From the human T2T-CHM13v2.0 reference genome, Homo sapiens, in assembly GCF_009914755.1 (NCBI RefSeq), contig NC_060936.1: a stretch of DNA of 64,000 bases. The stretch is one strand, 5' to 3'. The translations under genes and the position numbers were made by a program. Of the stretch, positions 51,476 to 64,000 are shown piece after piece. The notes under the pieces are model-generated. The model was given only the letters and a program-made list of their open reading frames with translations, had not been told where the DNA came from and made no database searches. Each line of letters begins with the position of its first letter. Position 1 is the first letter of the stretch.

Positions 51476-54400
51476 GTTCAAAGCATAAAGAGTGAAACAT
51501 GATACATTTACCAGAAAATAAACTAAACTTCTAAACACATGTAAAGGAGAGAGGTCATTATTATCTTTGTGAATATTCATTATTACAGAATTGGTAAATT
51601 TCCCAGGTTTTCTTGGCTTCTCTCTCTACAAATAAATCACTGTAGTAAAAACTCTCACAGGACTGTCAGGTGGGTTTTCTGGAAATATTTACTGTAATTG
51701 ATTTTTGTGGTTTCCTAAATGCTGTAATCCAAAACCTCATTTATCAACTTTCTGTCTGCTTTATTGTAATTGCAGAGTTTTCTATTCCTATATCATGACA
51801 GGTCAGAGCAGCGCTGTGACAAGCAGCCTCTGTATTAGTAAAGATGTGCATTCCACACACCAGCCCAGCAATCCAGATTATTGACTGTAATTAAACTCAC
51901 AGGGGAGTTAAACTTGTTTGACAAGAAAGGGGGTGGGATGATTTGCAGGATTTAAGTCATAGCAACAGTGACACATGCCTGCCCCAAAACTTTCTCTGAA
52001 TTTTGCAGGGCCTGTACACATTTAGAAAAGATCAAATAATTTTGTTCTGCAAGAGAGTAGTACATATTTATAAAGCACTGAATCCCGGAATCACTGGTCC
52101 CATTAATTGAACAACACAAGCATGCTTCTTGAAGAAATTCATATACCAAATTTTGTTATTCTAATATCAGTTCATTACAGTCAGACTTCTGGCCTGGGTC
52201 CAGAAACAATGCCATTTTTAATGGGTTGATTGCTAAATCTCTTGCTTTCTTTAGTTTGACTCATTCTTTATCGTTTCTTCTTCTGATTTTGACTCATTTT
52301 TCTTTTCACAATTAGGCTTTGTCCCCCTTCTGCATCACTTCTCCAGCTTTGACCATGTTCTTCTAATTTTTGCCAAGAATGCGGAATCTAATTTTGATGA
52401 CACTGATTTTGCTATGCTGGACATATCCCCTGACCATTCAGTGGAGGTCCTTAGGAACCCTACATTCTGGGTGTCTGGATCTCTTCCCACTTCTTCCACC
52501 TACCTTCCTGCCTCTTTCTCCCATATTTGGCCAGTCCACATGATCGTCCAATGTATGTAAGTGAGACTCAAACAAAAGCATAGAAAACTTTGTTTTCAAA
52601 AAGTAAAAACCATTCACTCTTTTGAATATTACTGTTTGAAATGTGTTTAGGTCCTTTGGGGGAATGGCTATATATGTTTATATATATATATATCTCCACA
52701 GTAGTAGCAAAGAAAATCAATAAAGGGTATATTTTATGACTCCCTTTTATTACAGGATAAGACCAAGAAACATTAGAATCATTTAAACCTACAACACAGA
52801 GATTGAAATACTTGTTTTATGTAGGCCCAGTCTCTATTGTCTGAATTTTTCATTAGCTATAGAAACTTTACTGGATATTGGATATGGATATAGATAATCC
52901 TCTCTGGATATATAAAACATCTTTTTATTTATCTGACATAATGTATTTAAAAACTAGTTCTTCTTTCTTCATTCTGTCTACAAGGAAAATCCTTTTCACT
53001 CCCCATTAGTTTTCTTGCAAGTTCATGCTTGTGATAAAAGAAAGGCAGAATCAGAGTCTAAAGATGGGTCAGTGAACACCCATCCCTGCACTAAAGGGCT
53101 ATGAAGGGCAGTGCTTGCTGTTATTGGGTAGGCAATATAAAAAATATGTAAGGAATAATATTAATTCTGAATCCTGGCCCATTAGAGATTGGAGCAATCA
53201 TTGCTAGCAAACATATTTTCTGCCTTCAAGTAATTTATAGCTAATTGACAGAGTGTAGAATATCACAATTAGGTACATCAGAAAAATGACTTTAGTAACT
53301 TGGCAGGACCAAAACCAGCCAGGTGCAATATAACACAAGATAATAATGAGTAGGTCATGCTCATCTTCAAAGCAGAAGTCACAGCTCCTAGGCGACAAAT
53401 ATCACAAAAAAACTTATTCATGTTTTTCTGTTTTGTTCCTTGTGATATTTCCATATGGTATCCCTGAAGATAAGTTGTATCTAATTAGAGTGTAGAAATA
53501 CTTTCGGTTGCTAGTTGTTAGCCTAATCTTTACTATAGAAGCTGTTGTTTGTCTTTTTCTGAACTTTTACAATGACATTTAATACTTAAGTTACCAGTGG
53601 TATATGGTGCCCTAGCTGAGTGAGGGGGGGAAAATTGTAATGGCAGATTCTAAGTTAGGATTTTGATTCATAATGTTTAAACTTTGACACTTTTTAATAA
53701 TGAATTCTAAATTTAAAGTTTTGATTGCTTGTTGAAAAGCATAGTTCAAACTTGCAAATTCCATTTTTCTTAATGCATACCAACATTTAGTAAAATACCT
53801 GTAGGAATTTCAATGAAGATTTTAGTTAGACAAAAGCTGTAAATAAATATTGTTAAAAAGAAATGGGTAGTATAGTTGAGATAATATCTAATCCATATTA
53901 ATACTTATTTTTGAGTTTGAGGTGTACTTGTTTTTATTAATACTTAGAGAAAAAATAATTGTTTGTTGGCTGAAATGTTTCATCTTCACCTGTTGGAATG
54001 TGTGTTTGTGTGTAGGTTCTGTAAATAACTATGCAGTGACCAATAAACTGATGAAGGAGATGGTATAAACAAATAAATGTCAAATCTACATCAGGTATAA
54101 GACTACATGCTGAATTCAGGTAGTGTCATTTGACTATTTTAATTAATCAATTAACTATTTATTTCAAGTCAACCAAGGATTTTGCAATTAAAAAATACAG
54201 GTACTCAAGGGAAAAAAATGAAAGGTCACTCATTAGTAACAAAATTTAATGAAGGAGACAATAAAATAACTCTGGAACACAAACAAGATAAACACTATTG
54301 CAGTAAACAGAAGGAAGTTATGATCATTTATTAAAGTATAGTACAATGTCATCACAGCTACAGTTAATACATATTTTTGAGCATCTACTTTAGACAAAGC

Positions 54401-54779
54401 AATGTTCCAAGCTCCTGAAAGATGAAAATACATACAATCTTTAGTCTCATCCTTCAAAGTAAGAAAATTTATAGGCAAACGTTTCTGAAGCAAGAATCAA
54501 ATAGCAGTGCAAGATAATAAGAAGCACTACAAAAAGGTACAAACAAATCCCCAGTCTAGGATGACTGAGGGAACCCTTACATAAAGGAAAGAGTTTAAAA
54601 ATTGGCATGAGCCTGATGAATGGAAAAAAGAGGGAAGAAGATTTCAGAACAATGTGAGCAAAATTTCAGATGCAGCAAAATAGAATCTTGAGAAGAATAA
54701 ATAAAGCAAATTAGCTAGTAGAGTCATGGACTTTAGCTAAGGCTAAAGTGGGACCACAGTGAGGGTAATATCTATTTTT

Positions 54780-55880
54780 TTCAGACTCCTAAATTAATAT
54801 CTTCAACCTGAGCTTCCCATGGAACTCCAGATTCACATATACAACTGTATACTTATGTTCTCCACTTAAATGTCTAATAGATGTCTCAAATGTAACAGAC
54901 CTGAAACTGGGCTTCTCAAATTCTCTTGCCAAGCCTGTTCTCCAGTAGTCTTCCCCATCTCAGTTGGTAACAACTCCACCCTCCCAGTTGATCAGGTCAA
55001 AAAGTGTGAATCATCTTTGACATCTCTCTTTCTGTCACACCCCACAATGCCCACCCCAAAGGAAATGAAGTGGACAGACTGCTCCATGGACCTGACGGGC
55101 TGTTGTTGGGATAACCACCATGCTCGTAACTTTCATCCTGCACCAAGCCTCACCTGGAGTGAAGGGAGTCATAGCTCTACTCTGCCCTGGGCAATAGTGC
55201 CTTCTCTTCATGCCTTTCTGGGTCTCAGAGTGACTAAAGAGGCCATAAAGACTGCTTACTTTACTCATTTAATCAATTCATGGATCAATCATCTAAACAT
55301 TTCTCAATAAAACCGTTTAGTAGCTTCGCTTCCCATTCAGGGGAAATGTCACTACAATAAGCTGCAAAACTCGCCAGGGTCTGGACTCCTCCGTGTTCTC
55401 CTACTTAACACCTGGTTCACTCCATTCCTGCCAAGCCTTTAGCTGTTCCCCCAACATGCCAGGCTTGCTCTGGCCCATGGCTTTGCCCTGGCTCTTCCCT
55501 CTATCTGGCATTCCCATCCTCACCACCACCACACCATGCTCCATATTGTTTCCTTACCATATATGGCAATTGACGCAAATTCAATATTAGGAAGCCTTGT
55601 CTAGCCACTTTATATAAAGGTGTAATTAAACCATCTCCATATCACCTGCAGCAACTTCTAGCACCATTCCTGTATTTATTTTCCTTGTTAGCACTTTTGC
55701 CACTGAATCACTGCATAATTGATTGATTGATTGATTTTTATTGATTGTCTTCCTTTCTACAATGTAGGCAAGGGTTTTTTCCTGTTCCCAGAATGGCTAC
55801 ATCCACAGCAGTTAGAACATTCACAGTCCCAAGTAGAACTCAAAAAATGGAGTTGAATGAATGTTGCATTTGAAAGGAAT
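54780..55880 (+). mobile_element. L2 fragments
   Basis: gaactccagattcacatatacaactg...ctccacttaaatgtctaatagatgtctcaaa...cttccccatctcagttgg; ends gttgaatgaatg. Confidence 0.75.
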
Positions 55881-57035
55881 GAATCCATGTTAAGAATATA
55901 GATAAATATGAAGTTTATTCATGAGCTCTGGATTTATCCTCTAGATAAATTTCTCCAAACTGTTTATTCTCTGCCCATCATATTTGTTTCTTTTAAAATA
56001 TATCTCCTTAATTGTTATATTAGATTTCACATTGAGAATGTTATATCACATAATTCCTGTTTACGGCTGAAACTTTAATTGTTGGAAGTGCTTAAGTGGA
56101 CCTGTTATATTTTTAAGATGACATAGAGGGTTGTCCCTTAGTTGAAAATAAAGGATGCTTGCTGCAGGGGCTGGAAAGCATAGAGATAACAACTTCTCAT
56201 TCTATGAGCAACTCCCGTGGGGGCTGTGAAATCTTAGGGCAGAGAACCACTGAGGTGGCAAATCCTGCTCTCACTGAGGAAGCCTGTTAGATGGATGGTG
56301 CTTAGTTTGCCAATGTGCTGCTTCATTAATTCTCTAACCATCGTGAGGGTGTGAGGGAGACTGCTGAATGTTTTGAAAGGAGTTTTAATTGGACCTTCAG
56401 TCGATACAGTTTTCTAAAACTAAAATTTAAAAAAAACGTCCCCAGTGGATAGGGTCAGTGACACATAATCTGGAACAAGAAGGAACGATTTCTTTGAGTT
56501 AGTGTGTTTTAGGGAAACATACCCTATGATTAAAAGCAATTCTAAACTTAAAAGGTGAAGCAGGAAAGGAAAGCAGCCATTTTTTTCTCTTGACCTTAGG
56601 GTCTTCAACCAGTTTCTCATTCACCTGCTCTTACAGATGCATCAACAATCAAAGGTACAGAGCTCAGTCTGAACCTAGCAGGTAGGATGCGAAACCTTCT
56701 CAGTCATATCGTCATGGTTTGTTTAAGCTAAACAATCCATCCAATTTTACTTTCTTTGTAAGTCTGCCTAAATTCAAAATAATTGATGGGCCATTAATTC
56801 AAATATGCAATTGGAATTACTAGATTCTCAATTTGATACCTAACGTAAACTACAAGTTTGTCATTGCATTAACTCATGTCTCTTTCCTCATATGCTCAAG
56901 CTTTTTATGGAACTAAAAATGATTTTCAGCCTCTAAATTCTCCCTTCATATATATTGATTATATATCCTAGAATACGGAAAATTCTTAAAAATGAAAACT
57001 GAGGCATATCAATCAACAACAAAAAACGTATTTCT

Positions 57036-57386
<351 letters not shown>

Positions 57387-57639
57387 TTAACAGAAGGTTT
57401 TTGAGTAAAATTCTTGCAGACAGTCTTTGTATGAACTCTAGATATTCACAGAAACTAGTACGTGCCTTTAGAATTTTTAAAGAAAAAATTATAATGCTTT
57501 CCTCCCTGTTGCTCTGCATTCTTAAAATCCCAGCCTCCTTTATGTCTGAATTAATCAGTGAAATATACCAAAAAAAGGTAGTAAATACAGCTGTTAATAC
57601 CAATTTCACATCTGTCATAACCAATTCAGTGAAAACAAA

Positions 57640-58420
57640 TCTGTAACCCCCAAATAAATTCCAAAGTGATTAAAGTCATAATTGCAAATTAAAACTGTAA
57701 AATAATTAAAAGGAACTATGTGTGAATATTAATTTAATTATAGCATATAGAAAACTTCTCAAAGCATAAGTCTAAAGGCATAGAATTTTAATCTCCTGTA
57801 TGTCAAATTTCATTATAAATATCTAGGAAGGCTAAAACAATTCAGGCAAGGGGACGATGGTAATATATGTATGAGAGGTGTCATAATTTTTGTATTGTTG
57901 ATATTCTTAATCCATAAAACATTTTTGCAAATCAATAGAGAAGAGGAATATTTCAATAAAAAAACACAAACAATTTGTTAAAAATCAAAAGCCTTGAAAA
58001 TATGCATATATTTAATCTAATAATTCCACTAAGGAATCTAACCTGAAGAACTAATCAAAGATAATACAAAGCTTTTGTTAAAAGCAAATGCAATTGTACC
58101 TATGAAAAAAAGTTCATTGAAACACTACTTAGGATATCAAAAGACTAAAACAGCTTAAATTTCCAACAATCAGAGATTGTAAGTTATGGCATATTCATAC
58201 TTTGCAAAGCAGAACAGTAACCCTGCATAAAATATCCAACAACATGGATAATGTACATAATGTATTGCTAAACAAAAAAAATGGATTATGTAATACTATA
58301 ATGCAAGTTATAATCTGGATCTTCAGCAAACTATTCAGATCAGCTTTTTCTAGTTAGTGAGTTAATGATTTTCCAAGTTTTCCACAATAAGCAAGTATTG
58401 TATTTACAATTAGAAAAGAT
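57640..58420 (+). mobile_element. Highly diverged L1M fragments
   Basis: A-rich; taattccactaaggaatctaacctgaagaa and aagttatggcatattcatac resemble the L1 3' region. Confidence 0.45.
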
Positions 58421-58501
58421 GATATCTTGTAAAACTTGTAGTACTTTATAACCAGCAAATATTCTTCTAATGTTAAATAAAGAACATAACCTCAAGCTCA
58501 C

Positions 58502-58868
<367 letters not shown>

Positions 58869-58935
58869 TAATATTGTATGTGTGTGTGTGTTTGTGATTT
58901 TATTACGTGTATATACAATCTTTTTTATTTCTTAT

Positions 58936-59310
58936 TAATATAATTAGGCTTTGTTCCCCACCCAAATCTCATCTTGAATTGTAATCCCCATAATCCCCAT
59001 GTGTTAAGAGAGAGACCAGGTGGAGGTAATTGAATCATGGGGGTGGTTTCCCCCATGCTGTTCTGACAGTGAATGAGTTCTCATGAAATCTGATGGTTTT
59101 ATAAGGGGCTCTTCCCCCTTCACTCGGCACTTCTCCTCCTGGCCGCCTTGTGAAGAAGGTGCCTTATTTCCACTTCACCTTCTGCTGTGATCGTAAGTTT
59201 CCTGAGGCCTCTCCAGTCATGCTGAACTGTGAGTCAACTAAACCTCTTTCCTATATAAATTGCCCAGTCTCAGGCAGTTATTTCTAGCAGTGTAAAACCA
59301 AACTAATACA
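58936..59310 (+). mobile_element. THE1 (C-like) solo LTR
   Basis: ccccacccaaatctcatcttgaattgta...aagtttcctgaggcc...actaataca; perfect 5-bp TSD cttat at 58931-58935 and 59311-59315. Confidence 0.93.
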
Positions 59311-61539
59311 CTTATATTTTGCAAATTGAAATTGTCTTTGAAGGCAATTTTACTTTGCAAAATTCTTTAAATTGTGAACTTCTCTAAAAGAAAATGTGGG
59401 TCAAGAATTCTTATATGTGTCAAGCGTTTGTGGCATATTAGTGATTGTATATACCCCTAATGAATCATTTATATACCCTGAAAATATTTTCTGCCCTCTT
59501 AGCATGTAGGGGTGCAGTTCAAAACTTGAGATATTTGATTACCATGAATCTTGGTGCCTGAGGAGAATAAGCTAGAAAGAGCTTTCCTCTTTACTGTCTA
59601 TAGCAGGAACCACTTATATGGTATCTCTCTCTAATTCCATAATTCCTTTCATCAAAAAGATCCCTAAAGTCCATTATGAAGCTAATTAGGAGACTCACTT
59701 ATTTTCAAAACCCAGTCCCTCTTGTTTGCCCACAGCTAATATGTGGCAGCGAAAATGCAATTTGATAGTTTCTTGTTTCAGAAAGGAGTGAAAGAATAAC
59801 TTCTCTAATTAAAACCACTATGATTTTGTGGGATTTTTTCTTTAAGTGGGAGGACAGTGTAATTACACAGATTGGAATGCAGCCAAAACAGTAAAGTAAA
59901 GTTAACTGCCTGCAAGTGAAATACCACGCAAGACATTGCCTATATTAGTAAATTGTTGTGGGTGGAGTGGAGGTACATGAGGATACACAGGACACTCTCT
60001 ATTGGCCTGTGAATTGAATCTACCACTAAAAATAAGCTAAATAATTATTATTATGAAATGTGATAATCATACTCATTTTTCCCCTATAGTAGACTGAGAA
60101 TAAATAGACTATCTTAGTCAGTGTCCATAATTTATGTAGGCAATGCTGCAGAGGATATTATTTTGTGCTGGATTTGGACTAAAACTGGTGTAGGCAGGTG
60201 GACCATCTATTTTTGTCAGTTGATTAATTGGAAGTTGGTTCTGAGTCAGTCAACGGCATGACTGTCACAAGGGCAAATTGGAGTGTAAGTTTATAGGACA
60301 GGCAGCAATTAGTGTTTCCAGATGTTTTACATGGAATCAAGTGAAAATACATGGAAAAATTAAAGTAGAAGTAATTACAGTACCGATGAGATGCTGTTAC
60401 CATATTTAGAGCCATAACTAAAATGCTAGGTAAAGTGGTATAGGGGCTTTACAGAAACAAACATAAATATGAGATCACCAAGTTGATTGTAGGCTTTGCT
60501 GCTCTGTACCATTAATGCTAGCATGATGGTGACAGCAAATTGTCTTGTGAGCAGCATACTATAGGACAGGAAAACAAAGCAATTTGGGTGCTAAGATTGG
60601 CATCATAACTGAAGGCCCTGAGAACAAATCTTCGTCAGTTGTTTTATGGAGTTTCATACTGAAAGATTTTTTGAAGAAGCAGATCCTAGGTGTGGTGGAG
60701 ATGGAGAGATTTCTTAAGTTTTCAGAAGTCTATATGAATCTATTATTAATTTCACCAGTACTTTTTCATCTTTCCTCCCCACCCACTCTGCTGTTTCTTG
60801 AATGTAAGATATCATCAAGCTATTCCAGTTTTTTATGGACGGAAGTGTTTAACTGGCAAAAGCTGAGGAAACAGGAAAGCTGAAGGAATATATTTTGAGT
60901 AGCATTTATTCAAAATATAATTATTAAACACCTACTATGTGCAAATCATTTTATATAACATAGAAATTGACAATGAACACTCAATAAATATTGACTTCAT
61001 CCTTCTTGTTTACTAGCAAGGATACATTTTCTCAGATACAAAGATGGTAGAATATATAAGAACAAAGATTATCAAAAAATGTAATACAAAATTCTAAGAC
61101 AGGAATTCATAACCTGTGTTCCAGAGGCTTGTTTGGGATTTGGGCCTATGACCTTATTTTAAAATGGGTCATTTTGTACTCACAAATGTATATTTTGCGT
61201 GGTATGGGTCTCTATCTTGGAGGTAAGTTCATCATATTTTTTCAAGACTCGGTCACCTCAAAAATTCAAAGAACAATTGGTTTAAGAAAAGGAATGAACA
61301 TGCCTAATAAGTAGAGAGCATGATGATTAGTACAGACATTTGCTAACAACGGCTTTGAAAATGTTTAAACATAACATATTTATTACCTAGTTTTAGAATG
61401 GCACAGAAAAATTTCAAGGCAAGAGTAATATCCATAGGAAGCACTTAACTTCTCTAAAACGGAAACTGGGTCACTGAAATACTGGGAAGGAAAGAAGGAA
61501 GGTAAAAATAACAGTTAAGATTCAGTCAAGGGGCTTGAA

Positions 61540-63805
<2,266 letters not shown>

Positions 63806-63810
63806 TACAG

Positions 63811-64000
63811 TAGTCTTAGTTCATTCAGAATGCTATAATAAAAATACCACAAACTGGGTGGCTTAAACAACAAGTATTTGTTTCTCACAGTTCTGGAGTC
63901 TGGGAATTCCAAGATCAAGGTGCCAACAGGTTCAGCATCTGGTAGGGTCCCACTTACTAGTTTATAGACAGCTATCTTCTTGCTGTGTCCTTACATGACA
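63811..64000 (-). mobile_element. MaLR LTR (MLT1A/MSTD-like), truncated by window edge
   Basis: aaataccacaaactgggtggcttaaacaac...tttctcacagttctggag...ccaagatcaaggtgcca. Confidence 0.85.

Overview
Primate (very likely human) genomic DNA containing the 5' end of PTPRO (receptor-type tyrosine phosphatase O/GLEPP1) on the + strand. It holds about 9.7 kb of upstream sequence, a CpG-island promoter (~9545-10330) and coding exon 1 (ATG 9994, signal peptide [25 protein letters not shown], phase-0 donor after 10068). The remaining ~54 kb is AT-rich intron 1; I could not recognise exon 2 in the window. The rest is mostly interspersed repeats: Alus, L1, L2, L3, MIR, MaLR/ERVL LTRs, a Tigger2a-type MITE and a near full-length dead HSMAR2 mariner. 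Almost all ORFs in the supplied track are repeat-derived or chance. The most unusual structure is a ~407-bp spacer-less AT-rich palindrome (47933-48339) with non-microsatellite outer arms, abutting a second fold-back (47853-47936). Other candidates are a uORF and an in-frame CTG in the PTPRO leader, a duplicate frameshifting splice donor, a tail-to-tail Alu pair, and a CpG-rich AluY inside an LTR next to a strong antisense splice donor. I see no evidence for a new protein-coding system. Repeat subfamily calls are by eye and their boundaries are approximate.
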